This document shows, piece after piece, positions 1 through 9,751 of a DNA stretch of 64,000 nucleotides. Both the position numbers and the translations under genes were made by a program. Below the pieces are notes generated by a model. The model saw only the letters and a list, made by a program, of their open reading frames with translations. It was not told where the DNA came from and did no database searches. The stretch covers positions 747,757 to 811,756 of the forward strand of contig OY969414.1 of NCBI GenBank assembly GCA_963699155.1. The letters run 5' to 3'. The first letter of the stretch is position 1. Every line of letters begins with the position of its first letter. Origin of the DNA: an uncultured Chlamydiales bacterium (GTDB lineage: Bacteria > Chlamydiota > Chlamydiia > Chlamydiales > JAAKFR01).

Positions 1-1343
1 CCATCTCCATATTTCATCATCAATTGAAGTCGGAGGATATTGAAAAAGATCCGCGATTTTTGCACCCCTGATTGGAGAGATCGTTGTGCGAAGCTGAGGG
101 CTTCATCTAATGTCACTTTTGCCTTTTCAAGATCGAAAGAGCGGAGGCTCTCTGCGAGAGAGAGAAGCGCTTCTATTTTTTCTAAAATATCAGGGATCGA
201 TAGAGCTCTTTCCCCGACTTCCTGGAATGTCAAAGAGGCCGCTTCTGGGTCGTATTGAGCTTCAATAGCGGCAACTTTGAGAAGGGATTGGCAGCAAAGA
301 ACTCTATCCGAATTGGCTTTCGCTATCGTTTTTGCTCTCTCGGGGTTCCTAAGAGCTGCTTCATCAGCGACGCTATGCAGGCAGGCAGAAAAGATCGCTT
401 GAGTCTCTTTTTTTAATCGTCTTGTTGACACCCGCATGTATTGTGAAATCGCTCGTGCCGTTACTTGAGCAGCATCCAGGTCAATGGTTGCGTGAATGGC
501 GACCAGATTAAGCATCTCATCTAAAACCTCGTCACGCTCAAAAATGGCTTGAAAGGCCTCTACCGCTCTCTGGATCGTCCTCACTGCTCCTTGCTGATCA
601 AAACGGAGTTGTACCTTTAAAGCTGCGACAAAAGCACGAAAGCGTTCTTCTGGCTGATCGATGGCCTCTATAGCAACTAGCACTTCAGAAATGAGGGTTT
701 TGGCAAGTCGTGGATCTATTTCAGGACAACTATTTATAATCCCTATCAGAGTGTGGATACGCACATAATTATCTACTATAGAACGCGCTAAAGTGATCGC
801 CCGGTCCAAATTGAACCGGGAAAGAAAAGGGAGTGCTTCTTCAAGTGCACGCCCTCGATCATCAAGATTTTCCAAAGTGAGAATCAGGTCCAAGGCGCTT
901 TCTACTGTAGCTTGAGCATTGCCAGGGATAGCTTCATGTTCGATCTTTGCCATTTCAAGAAGAGAGCGCAATCTGAGATATTTAGACGGAGGAGCGGTTT
1001 GGTTCTCTTCAGGCACCTTTGCCTTTTTTTTTGACTCTTCCAGAAACAGTTGGGCGCTGCCCTGATCTCGTGACCATTCGGCCAAAAAGATTGCTCGCAT
1101 TGCGATTATACCTATACTTCCTGGCAGGGGGGGAAAGAGAGTTTTTGCCCAAAGAAGGGTGATCCTCTTTCTTAAAGGATTATCTTTCCTAAGAGTGGCC
1201 TCTCTCCATTCTTTGCATATCGACTGGCAGGTAACAAGCTCTCGTGTAGTTAATAATTTGAAAATTTCAACCTTAAGCTCTAACAAAAGGTGATCAAAGT
1301 GGAAAGCTACAAAGCTCGTTTGGGAAATAATTAGCGAACTCAT
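1..1343 (-). CDS. F-box domain protein with C-terminal alpha-helical repeats (partial, runs off window start)
   Basis: Hand translation from ATG at 1343 is open to position 1: MSSLIISQTSFVAFHFDHLLLELKVEIFKLLTTRELVTCQSICKEWRE..., matching the F-box consensus pattern. Absent from the ORF track because no stop lies in the window. Confidence 0.75.
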   Translation of the reverse strand, partial: MSSLIISQTSFVAFHFDHLLLELKVEIFKLLTTRELVTCQSICKEWREATLRKDNPLRKRITLLWAKTLFPPLPGSIGIIAMRAIFLAEWSRDQGSAQLFLEESKKKAKVPEENQTAPPSKYLRLRSLLEMAKIEHEAIPGNAQATVESALDLILTLENLDDRGRALEEALPFLSRFNLDRAITLARSIVDNYVRIHTLIGIINSCPEIDPRLAKTLISEVLVAIEAIDQPEERFRAFVAALKVQLRFDQQGAVRTIQRAVEAFQAIFERDEVLDEMLNLVAIHATIDLDAAQVTARAISQYMRVSTRRLKKETQAIFSACLHSVADEAALRNPERAKTIAKANSDRVLCCQSLLKVAAIEAQYDPEAASLTFQEVGERALSIPDILEKIEALLSLAESLRSFDLEKAKVTLDEALSFAQRSLQSGVQKSRIFFNILRLQLMMKYGD

Positions 1344-1374
1344 TTTTAATTACGACAGAATAAATTATAAGCTT

Positions 1375-1713
1375 TTATTTTTCAAGCAATACAACTTCAG
1401 AACAAAAGTTTCTGAGAAATTGAATTGCTTGATCGGGGGGAAGGTGGGTAAGAGCGAAGGCTTGCCTTTCATCGAGGTAAAGAATTTCAGTATACTTTTC
1501 TAGGTTTGCTAAAATGCGCTCCCGGTATTTCTCTAGGGTTTCGGGAACGGTTCCTGCGAGATCTAAGGAGGCCCTTGAACCTGCCGCTTGAGCCACTTTA
1601 AGAGCACTTTCCATGGCGACTCCATTTACAAGGAGCTCTTCCCCTACAGAGATGGTCTCTCCTCCTAGAAGAGGAGTGGCCGCCAGAGCGATGAGAAAAA
1701 AGAACTTTTTCAT
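1375..1713 (-). CDS. Small secreted hypothetical protein
   Basis: MKKFFFLIALAATPLLG signal-peptide-like N-terminus; internal ATG of ORF 1375..1857. Confidence 0.6.
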   Translation of the reverse strand: MKKFFFLIALAATPLLGGETISVGEELLVNGVAMESALKVAQAAGSRASLDLAGTVPETLEKYRERILANLEKYTEILYLDERQAFALTHLPPDQAIQFLRNFCSEVVLLEK

Positions 1714-1758
1714 ATACTCATGTTGATTCCTCCCTCCTTTTTTGGCAATATCCTCCTC

Positions 1759-2496
1759 ATGCGTTTTACAGTGATCACGATTACCTACAATGCAGAGAAA
1801 TTTTTGGCAGAGACACTCGCTTCTGTTGCAGAGCAAAAAGGGGTCACCTATGAACACCTACTTTGGGATGGAGGGAGTCGTGACCGCACTCTCACCATTG
1901 CACGCTCCTTTCCTTCTGTGCGGATTATAGAAGGAAAAGATCAGGGAATTGCCGATGCCATGAATCGGGCTGCCTCTCATGCTCAAGGGGAATTTCTTCT
2001 CTTCCTTCATGCCGATGACCTCCTAGCCCATTCTCAGAGCTTGTTGCTCTTTGATCGCGCGATCCGCCACCATCCAGGGGTAGAATGGCTCTATGGGCGC
2101 GCTCATATTATTGATGAAAATGGCCAGCTGCTGAAAACAACTCCCTATGAGCCTTTTGCTGCAGAGAGGTTGAGGAAATACAATTTTATCACCCATCCGG
2201 CCACCCTACTCTCCCGCTCTCTTTTCCAAAAGAGTGGAGGCTTTCAGCCCCATTTGCGTTACTGTATGGATTATGATCTCTGGCTGAGGCTGGCACGCCA
2301 CCACCGTCCTCTTCCACTACCGACCGTTGTCGCCTCCTTCCGTGAACATCGCCAGTCGCTTTCGACGCGCGAACCACTCGCTGTTACAGACGAAGCCTAC
2401 CAGGTCAGGAATCGCTATCTCTCTTCGCTCTTTGAGCGATTGCGTTCCTATCAGACATGGAAAAAGCGGAGAAGACACATTTTGAGGTCGGAGTGA
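1759..2496 (+). CDS. Glycosyltransferase family 2
   Basis: FTVITITYNAE, DGGSRD, GIADAMN, FLHADD (DxD region), MDYDLWLR motifs. Confidence 0.92.
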   Translation: MRFTVITITYNAEKFLAETLASVAEQKGVTYEHLLWDGGSRDRTLTIARSFPSVRIIEGKDQGIADAMNRAASHAQGEFLLFLHADDLLAHSQSLLLFDRAIRHHPGVEWLYGRAHIIDENGQLLKTTPYEPFAAERLRKYNFITHPATLLSRSLFQKSGGFQPHLRYCMDYDLWLRLARHHRPLPLPTVVASFREHRQSLSTREPLAVTDEAYQVRNRYLSSLFERLRSYQTWKKRRRHILRSE

Positions 2497-3524
2497 AAAA
2501 CTGGCCAAGTAAAGCTGCCTTATGGCTCCACGAAAAGATGCCTGTCAGCCGGCGGGTCTATTTCATCTATACCCATAAAAATGGTTTCAATCGCTTTTAT
2601 AATGGACTGAAGGCCAATACGGAAATCAGCTACTGGTGCTACACAGCTTTGAAGGATCGCTTTCCCGGTGTCCGCTTCCTCCGATTGCAAGATGAAAAAC
2701 CGGAAAGAATTGATCAGATTCGCCCCCAGGATGTGGTGATAGGCCATGTAGGCCCCACCTTCGCTCAAGCGGCCCGTAAGACAACAAAGTTGATCGCCTT
2801 CAATCCCTGGGCGGGTCATGACGCTCGATTGGATCAGGCTTTCAACGACGCTGGCGAATGTGAATCGAAGCTCTTCGACCGCTGTGCAGCCCTCGTCCTT
2901 CTCACTTCAGAGCATAATCAGAAGAGCTATTTCGAGCGGCCGAGTAATATCTGGCACACCTATTTTCAAAATTTCCAGCGAGCGAAAAGAGTCCGTCTCG
3001 TTCACCAACCGATCGATCTCGCCCTTTTTAAAAGAATTAAATGGGACTATCTCACCGATAATTTTCTCTATATCGGCCACAATGGATATATGAAATGTCT
3101 CGATGATAGTCGGGCGCTTGTCAAAGCAGTAGGGCGCCAACTCCATCTTTTTGGAGTGGAGGGAAAAAAATTGAATCATCTCGACCCTGTTCAAGTGGGC
3201 CAGCTTCCACCTCTAGCTGATTTTTTTATTCAGCCCGGCATGTGGGAGGCTCAGTGTGTCTCGATTCTGGAAGCTGCAGCTCGAGGCTTTATCCCCATTG
3301 TTTCTCCTGAAACAGGCTATCCCTATTCCCACCCCTTTCTCTTGCGCTATCACGATATTGATTATAATTTAAAAGTGATCAAAGAGCTGCTCACAACCAC
3401 TTCAGAGGAGCGAAGAGAGCTGGCAGAGATCCTCTATCAGCAACTGGCCACCGATATCCACCATAACAATTGGCGAACTTTGACCGATGTCCTTGTCGAA
3501 GAAGTAGCCTTACTCTATAATTAA
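2457..3524 (+). CDS. Putative GT-B fold glycosyltransferase
   Basis: ADFFIQPGMWEAQCVSILEAAARG resembles the GT4 E-x7-E motif; co-oriented and overlapping with the GT2 gene. Confidence 0.6.
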   Translation: MEKAEKTHFEVGVKNWPSKAALWLHEKMPVSRRVYFIYTHKNGFNRFYNGLKANTEISYWCYTALKDRFPGVRFLRLQDEKPERIDQIRPQDVVIGHVGPTFAQAARKTTKLIAFNPWAGHDARLDQAFNDAGECESKLFDRCAALVLLTSEHNQKSYFERPSNIWHTYFQNFQRAKRVRLVHQPIDLALFKRIKWDYLTDNFLYIGHNGYMKCLDDSRALVKAVGRQLHLFGVEGKKLNHLDPVQVGQLPPLADFFIQPGMWEAQCVSILEAAARGFIPIVSPETGYPYSHPFLLRYHDIDYNLKVIKELLTTTSEERRELAEILYQQLATDIHHNNWRTLTDVLVEEVALLYN

Positions 3525-3527
3525 CGC

Positions 3528-3884
3528 ATGTGCTGCTGCGTTCCCTCTGAAACAAACCTTGTAGATCTCCAAACGGCGCGCCAAGAGTATCAATCCTATG
3601 ATGCTCAAGACCGCGACGCCCGGATCACCGCTCTTGTCCTGGGCATGATCTCTCTCTTTTTCTTTGCTGCTTCCTGTGTCTTATATGGTATGGGAACTCT
3701 GCCACCCACCAGCCTGATGGGGCTTGGGATGCTTCCCTATCTTGGGGGCACCTTTTTCAATTTCCTCTCACTCGGCATTCTGGCAGGAACTATTATTTTT
3801 GGAATGGTGGCTGCGGTCCGCACCTGTCAGAAAGATCGCCTTACTTTGGTTGCGTCTCCTTCAACAATTCCTGGGGATGGTTAA
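3528..3884 (+). CDS. Small membrane protein with bilobed hydrophobic domain (Inc-like candidate)
   Basis: Two long hydrophobic segments joined by a short Gly/Pro loop. Confidence 0.5.
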   Translation: MCCCVPSETNLVDLQTARQEYQSYDAQDRDARITALVLGMISLFFFAASCVLYGMGTLPPTSLMGLGMLPYLGGTFFNFLSLGILAGTIIFGMVAAVRTCQKDRLTLVASPSTIPGDG

Positions 3885-4428
3885 TCCCAAAATGGTGGAG
3901 AAACTTTTGGGAGACCCCATAAAGAACAGGCCTTCCAGGTGCCTCTAAGCGCCCCGTCTCTTCAATTAAACCGCGCTCTTGGAGCGATGCCATTGTTCCG
4001 GAACAGTCAACTCCTCGAAGTTTATCGATCGCGCGCCTCGTGATCGGTCCTCTGTAAGCGATGATCGCTAAGACCTCTGTCGCCGCATGAGAGAGCTTTT
4101 CCCCTCTACGGTCGTGCAGGAGCTGCTGGATATAGGGTCGCATGGCCGGATCAGATCGGAGAAGGTAGCCACCTGCAATGAAATCGATCTGGAAACCTCT
4201 TTTTTGGGTGCGGTATTCAGCTGCCAACTGCTCGATCAGCTGTTTCAACTCCTTGGAGCGGATGGGGAAAGTGCTCTCGACCACCTCCCGAATCTTTTCC
4301 ACAGAAAGTGGTTCGTTCGAGGCAAACAGGAGTGCTTCGATCACTCTTTTGATTTCATGCTCCCGCGTCAATTCTCGAGGACGAAGGACGGTCTCTAACT
4401 CAGATTCGATTAAATTAAGAGATTTCAT
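3841..4428 (-). CDS. scpB: SMC-Scp complex subunit ScpB
   Basis: IEALLFAS, LSHAATEVLAIIAYRGPITR, RGVD, PGRPVLYG motifs. Confidence 0.95.
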   Translation of the reverse strand: MKSLNLIESELETVLRPRELTREHEIKRVIEALLFASNEPLSVEKIREVVESTFPIRSKELKQLIEQLAAEYRTQKRGFQIDFIAGGYLLRSDPAMRPYIQQLLHDRRGEKLSHAATEVLAIIAYRGPITRRAIDKLRGVDCSGTMASLQERGLIEETGRLEAPGRPVLYGVSQKFLHHFGINHPQELLKETQPK

Positions 4429-5110
4429 AAGCAGATAAGTAGAGGTGATCCTCTTCTCTAGAGAGTTTAATTTCTTGATATTTCAATAATTCCAATAGGG
4501 CCAAAAAGGTGACAATCAATTCCTGGCGGCTCATCGTTTCGACAAAAAGGGTCTCTAAGCTGAGGCGAGGAGTCGTTTTTATTGCGGCTCTTAGCCATAC
4601 CAGTTTGTCAGCTACTTGCCACTCTTCCGCCTGGATCATCTTTTGGGGAAGCTTTTCCGCCCTTTGAAGCGCTTCCGCCAGAAAGTGTTTCAAAACATGG
4701 TGGTCGATCTCCTCTAAGCCAAGCCCAACCTCTTTCTGGAATGGCTGTAGCGCCCGCGGGAAATAGGCTCTCTGTTCCTCCTCTTTCTCAGCTAACGTTT
4801 TGGCTAAGTCGCGCAATCTACAATATTCGATCAGATTCTGAATCACCTCTAGCCTGGGGTTATCAGCCAATTCTTCGCTCTCACCTCCTGCCTCAGGCAG
4901 CAGCTTCTCGCTTTTCAACAAGAGGAGCGAAGCTGTAAGTGCGACCATTTCACTTGACAGATCGACATCCTCTACTCTCTCCATCAATTGAGCCGTCAAC
5001 TGCTTCACCACCACACCGCAAGGATCAATCTCCTCCTTTTGAATGAGATAGAGCAGTAGCTCGAGGGGCCCCTCAAAATTGTCTAATTTGAACGAAGGAA
5101 AGTGAAACAT
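4415..5110 (-). CDS. scpA: Segregation and condensation protein A
   Basis: FEGPLELLLYLI at N-terminus, IVTFLALLEL at C-terminus; adjacent to scpB. Confidence 0.95.
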   Translation of the reverse strand: MFHFPSFKLDNFEGPLELLLYLIQKEEIDPCGVVVKQLTAQLMERVEDVDLSSEMVALTASLLLLKSEKLLPEAGGESEELADNPRLEVIQNLIEYCRLRDLAKTLAEKEEEQRAYFPRALQPFQKEVGLGLEEIDHHVLKHFLAEALQRAEKLPQKMIQAEEWQVADKLVWLRAAIKTTPRLSLETLFVETMSRQELIVTFLALLELLKYQEIKLSREEDHLYLSAYEIS

Positions 5111-5192
5111 TATTCAATGCTAAAGTTTTTTTGAATTCTGCCGATACCTTTTAGAGCTGCCTATAGAATAATCCAATTGTAGGGAAATTGCA

Positions 5193-7127
5193 ATGAAACT
5201 ACGTCGTCTTCTACTCCTAAGCTCTCTTTTTTTATCGATCTCTCTATCAGCAACGCAGCCGGCGATCCTGGCCAGTGATGATATCAGGGGGGTGATGGAG
5301 CAGTTATTTGACTACCATATCGATAAAAAAGAGATAACACCGGTGGTTTTAGAGCGTTCTTTGAAAGTCTATGTGAAGCAGTTTGACCCGTCATTTGCCT
5401 ATCTTCTTAAAGAAGAGGTTTCTACCTATCTACATCCCGATGAAACCGCTTTGAAAAGCATTTTAAATGATTACCAAAATGACCGCTTCACCGCCTACTT
5501 TGCGCTGAACCGCAAAATTCAGGAGAGTATCCTGCGCGCAAGAGGATGGCGCTCAGATTGGGAAAAAAATCCAAAAGCCTTGATCGCAGATGCCCAAAAA
5601 GTGGTTTTTGATAGAGAGCGGGATCAAGAGGCGGCCAGTTCGATCAGTGAACTGAAAGAGCGCCACTACAATCGGTTTGTCGATCTGATTGCTCTTCAGC
5701 TCCATGATCTCAATTTAGAGAATGTAGCTGGAAAGGAGGCCCAGATCGTTGCGCTCTGTGAGAAACAGCTGACAGGCATTGAAAATGAATATCTTCCTCA
5801 GACAGCTCAAGAGCATTTTGTAACATTGAGAACATTGAAGGCTTTGGCTCATAGTCTAGATGCGCATACAGCTTATTATAGTCCTGAAGAAGCCTATGCG
5901 ATGAAAGTCCAGCTCGAAAAGGGGATGTCAGGGATCGGTGTCGTTCTTAAAGAGGGGCTCGATGGGATCATTATCCAAGAAACGCTCCCAGGCGGCCCTG
6001 CTCAACTCAGTGGCAAGATTAAAAAAGGGGATGTGATCGTCGAGGTGGATGGGAAATCGATCACGAAACACTCCTTTCAAAAAACGTTGGAGTTGATGAA
6101 AGGCAAAGAGGGGACAAAAACGGTTCTTGGCATTGTGCGCAGCTCTCCCGAGACCCCAAAGATGTTCCGCGTGGAACTGACGCGCTCTAAAATTGTCTTA
6201 GCCGATAAGCGTGTCGATCTCTCTTCTGAACCCTATGGAGATGGCGTTCTTGGAAAAATCACGCTCCACTCCTTTTATGAGGGTGATGATGGTGTCAGTA
6301 GCGAGAAAGATTTGAAGAAAGCGATCGATCAGCTGAAGGAAGAGGGACCGCTCTACGGACTTGTCTTAGATATGCGAGATAATACCGGAGGATTTCTCTC
6401 TCAGGCTGTGAAAGTGAGTGGCCTCTTTTTAACCAGCGGGGTCGTTGTCATCTCGAAATATTCCGATGGTTCGGTCAAATATTACCGCACAGTCGATGGG
6501 AAGCGCCATTTTGATGGACCTCTGGTCGTTCTTATCTCGCGCGGCTCTGCCTCAGCTACTGAGATTGTAGCTCAAGCCTTAAAAGATTATGGTGTAGCTG
6601 TCATTGTGGGTGATGACCAAACTTATGGAAAGGGAACTATTCAGCATCAAACGGTGACCACTGATGGCAGCAATGCTTTCTTTAAAGTGACCATAGGACG
6701 CTACTATACTGTCTCAGGGAAATCGACTCAGATCGACGGAGTGAAATCTGATATCACCGTTCCTTCGAGTTTAAACTACGAAGAGGTCGGTGAGGCTTTT
6801 CTCGAATATCCTCTGCCTGCAGATTGGGTCGATCATGCCTATCAAGATAGCTTAGAAGATATTGATCCGATGGCCCGTAAATGGTTTCAGAAATATTATC
6901 TCCCTTATCTTCAGGTCAAAGAGACGCGCTGGGATTCTCATCTACCCACATTGAAGGCGAACAGCACTAAGAGGGTCGAACAGAACAAGAATTTCCAACT
7001 CTTCCTCAAACAGATCAAAGAGAAGGTCCAACTGGTAGAAAATAATACCCATGGTGCCAATGATCTTCAGATGGAAGAGGCGATCAATATTGTCAAAGAT
7101 ATGATTTTCTTAAATCAGCAACCCTAA
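5193..7127 (+). CDS. tsp: Tail-specific (C-terminal processing) S41 protease with PDZ domain
   Basis: LDAHTAYYSP, GIGVVL (PDZ), DMRDNTGG, SASATEI, TYGKGTIQ. Confidence 0.93.
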   Translation: MKLRRLLLLSSLFLSISLSATQPAILASDDIRGVMEQLFDYHIDKKEITPVVLERSLKVYVKQFDPSFAYLLKEEVSTYLHPDETALKSILNDYQNDRFTAYFALNRKIQESILRARGWRSDWEKNPKALIADAQKVVFDRERDQEAASSISELKERHYNRFVDLIALQLHDLNLENVAGKEAQIVALCEKQLTGIENEYLPQTAQEHFVTLRTLKALAHSLDAHTAYYSPEEAYAMKVQLEKGMSGIGVVLKEGLDGIIIQETLPGGPAQLSGKIKKGDVIVEVDGKSITKHSFQKTLELMKGKEGTKTVLGIVRSSPETPKMFRVELTRSKIVLADKRVDLSSEPYGDGVLGKITLHSFYEGDDGVSSEKDLKKAIDQLKEEGPLYGLVLDMRDNTGGFLSQAVKVSGLFLTSGVVVISKYSDGSVKYYRTVDGKRHFDGPLVVLISRGSASATEIVAQALKDYGVAVIVGDDQTYGKGTIQHQTVTTDGSNAFFKVTIGRYYTVSGKSTQIDGVKSDITVPSSLNYEEVGEAFLEYPLPADWVDHAYQDSLEDIDPMARKWFQKYYLPYLQVKETRWDSHLPTLKANSTKRVEQNKNFQLFLKQIKEKVQLVENNTHGANDLQMEEAINIVKDMIFLNQQP

Positions 7128-7162
7128 CCTATCTGGCAACATGTTGCTCTAGCAACCCTAAC

Positions 7163-8341
7163 CTATCGTGGAACGTGTTGCTCAGGGATGGCGATCAGAT
7201 CCTCGCTCATGACAGCCTCTTTAAAGATCTCTTGGAGCTCTCCAAATTGCATCTTTTCCGGAAAGCTATCTGTCCACGATTTCACGGTATATTCTTGTCT
7301 AAAGAAATGGTCGAGAGCAAAGGGAATCCCTGAGGCAAAGATGGGATTCAAAGATCCGGTCTCAGCAAGGATCTCAGGTCGATTTGTCATCTGAAAATGG
7401 AGATGGGGAACTGTACTATTCCCTGAATTGCCGATCAGTCCTAAAAGTTCACCCTTTTCGACGAGGTCTCCTTCTTTAACTTTTATGCTATGGGGTATTA
7501 GATGGGCATAGAGTGCAAAGGTATTCTCATTGATCTTTAAGAAGATATAGTTTCCCATGACAGTATCGAGAGCAAAGGGTTTGTTGGACCCTTGTTGAGG
7601 TTTATTGTCAGGTATTCCATCTTTTACTTTGACAATCTTTCCATCAGCAACGGCGAAGACTGGCTTCCCATAACAGACGTAGCTTTCAAGGCGCCGTGGA
7701 TTGCCGTGGTACCAGCCGCCGTCAGTGTCGAATTGGATCCAGTCAACGGCGAATCGTTGGGCGATGCGAATCATCCCATCGACAACAAAAGCAGCCCTCC
7801 GATGGGGACTCTGATTAGAAGCAGCGTTTGGAGCCCACCAGTGGTCCCCTTGTATCGGAGAGGCGATGGTGATGGGAGGCGTGAAATCGACCTCGATGGG
7901 TTGGACCTCAATTTTTTGCACATTCTTGCCATAGGAAATTTCAATGGTGTGATGGATGGCGTGGGGCACGTCACTTTCCTTCGGGAAGGTTAAAAAAATA
8001 AAGAGAATACCTGATTGTGACGGCTGGAGGATAGGCTCATGCTCTTTTGTCATGGTAGATCCGCCCGGAGCAAACATCTCTTTGAGAGCATTCTCATCAA
8101 AAACCTTGTTAAAAGTGGTATCGGCCAAGGTGAGCGATTTAAGGGTGATCGGCTCTGACGAGAAATTACTGACGAATAGCTCATAGACTAGATGGTATTG
8201 TCCATCGCCCTTGAAGAGATGATTTTTGTCCTCTAAAGGATAGACGATCAGTGCTTGAGGGAGATTCTCATAGGGATCATCCCCCCAAACAGTAAAGCTC
8301 CCAAAACAGAACAAGAATAGCAAGAAAAAGACTCTTTTCAT
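7163..8341 (-). CDS. Secreted M23 family metallopeptidase
   Basis: Signal peptide; RFAVD, GKPVFAVADG, YAHL, GNSGNSTVPHLHF. Confidence 0.88.
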   Translation of the reverse strand: MKRVFFLLFLFCFGSFTVWGDDPYENLPQALIVYPLEDKNHLFKGDGQYHLVYELFVSNFSSEPITLKSLTLADTTFNKVFDENALKEMFAPGGSTMTKEHEPILQPSQSGILFIFLTFPKESDVPHAIHHTIEISYGKNVQKIEVQPIEVDFTPPITIASPIQGDHWWAPNAASNQSPHRRAAFVVDGMIRIAQRFAVDWIQFDTDGGWYHGNPRRLESYVCYGKPVFAVADGKIVKVKDGIPDNKPQQGSNKPFALDTVMGNYIFLKINENTFALYAHLIPHSIKVKEGDLVEKGELLGLIGNSGNSTVPHLHFQMTNRPEILAETGSLNPIFASGIPFALDHFFRQEYTVKSWTDSFPEKMQFGELQEIFKEAVMSEDLIAIPEQHVPR

Positions 8342-8381
8342 TGTCGAAAAACCTTCCTATGATCTATGTTGTTACCTCTTT

Positions 8382-8454
<73 letters not shown>

Positions 8455-8565
8455 AAATTTTAATTTTGGTCAAGTAAGGAAACCAAAGTATTTGGCTTCC
8501 GTCTGGAATCGAAGCGTAGCGCCATGCGAGAGCAGGCGCGAAGCCGGCTCGAACGACAAAGCGCG

Positions 8566-9024
8566 GTAGCGCCCCGTTCGCAGGCAAGAGTGGCGAGGCG
8601 TTAATTCCGCAAGATGAACCGGAGATTCTTTCACTGACTCAGGTGTTAACCAGGCCCAGGCATTGCGGGGCCGGCGCGTAGCGCCCCGTTCGCAGGCAAG
8701 AGTGGCGAGGCATTAGTCCTGCAAGATGAACCGGAGATTCTTTCACTGACTCAGGTGTTAACCAGGCCCAGGCATTGCGGGGCCGGCGCGTAGCGCCCTG
8801 TTCGCAGGCAAGAGTGGCGAGGCATTAGTCCTGCAAGATGAACCGGAGATTCTTTCACTGACTCAGGTGTTAACCAGACCCAGGCATTGCGGGGCCGGCG
8901 CGTAGCGCCCCGTTCGCAGGCAAGAGTGGCGAGGCATTAGTCCTGCAAGATGAACCGGAGATTCTTTCACTGACTCAGGTGTTAACCAGGCCCAGGCATT
9001 GCGGGGCCGGCGCGTAGCGCCCCG
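8566..9024. repeat. Tandem repeat, 4 x 112 bp plus an 11-bp partial unit
   Basis: GTAGCGCCC unit starts at 8566, 8678, 8790, 8902 and 9014; units near-identical with the first slightly diverged; no variable spacers. Confidence 0.97.
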
Positions 9025-9100
9025 ACGTGAGAGGATTCCATTTCATTCAAAAAAATGTCCCACGCTTTTGATCCGCAAAAGAAATTTGTTCTTAAGTGTT

Positions 9101-9640
9101 ATGATTCAGCAACCCTTCCGTTTTGATTTTAAGCTAGTAGATAAAGCATACCGATCGCTTGTACATGGCTGGCTAGCAAAGCCTCATGTTGCAAAATGGT
9201 TTTATGGAGAGGGTCTGCAAAATACTCTCAATCATCTTGACGACTTTTTGGAAGGGTCATCTTTTGCCCAGTATTGGTTAGCATACGATAAAGGTCACCC
9301 TTTTGCTTTCCTTATCACCTCTTCGGTCTGTAAGCCAGGTGATGAATTAACCAAATGGTGCACAAGGGAAGGGGTTGCGATTACGCTTGATCTACTGATT
9401 GGTGATACGAGTTATTTAGGAAAAGGGCTGTCACCTATTTTGATTCGAGAGTTTCTTATCAGTCAATTCCCTCAAGCTACTGAAGTGTTAATAGATCCAG
9501 AGGCGACAAACGCTCATGCTATCCATGTGTATAAAAAAGTTGGTTTTACACTTTTGGGTGAATTTATTCCCTCTCATAGTCCTCATCCTCATTACATGAT
9601 GCGATTAGATATGAAAAAGCTAATGAAAGAGAGACCCTGA
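9101..9640 (+). CDS. GNAT acetyltransferase (AAC(6')/AlcB-like)
   Basis: WLAKPHVAKWF, DLLIGDTSYLGKGLS, IDPEATNAHAIHVYKKVGF. Confidence 0.85.
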   Translation: MIQQPFRFDFKLVDKAYRSLVHGWLAKPHVAKWFYGEGLQNTLNHLDDFLEGSSFAQYWLAYDKGHPFAFLITSSVCKPGDELTKWCTREGVAITLDLLIGDTSYLGKGLSPILIREFLISQFPQATEVLIDPEATNAHAIHVYKKVGFTLLGEFIPSHSPHPHYMMRLDMKKLMKERP

Positions 9641-9751
9641 ATTTCTTGGCTTCCGGCTTGCTTCCGGGTTCTTATTTTTTGAATTGCGCGATGAGTGAGC
9701 TATCCAATTTTAAGGCAGTGTGATATTTAGTGCTCTTCGGGATGAGGGGCA

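Noticed and set aside
8455..8565. Self-cleaving ribozyme in the tRNA trailer
   Set aside because: I could not identify hammerhead or HDV-like core motifs by eye; an Infernal or RNArobo search would be needed.
8566..9024. CRISPR array
   Set aside because: Units repeat along their whole length with no unique spacers, and there are no cas genes in the window.
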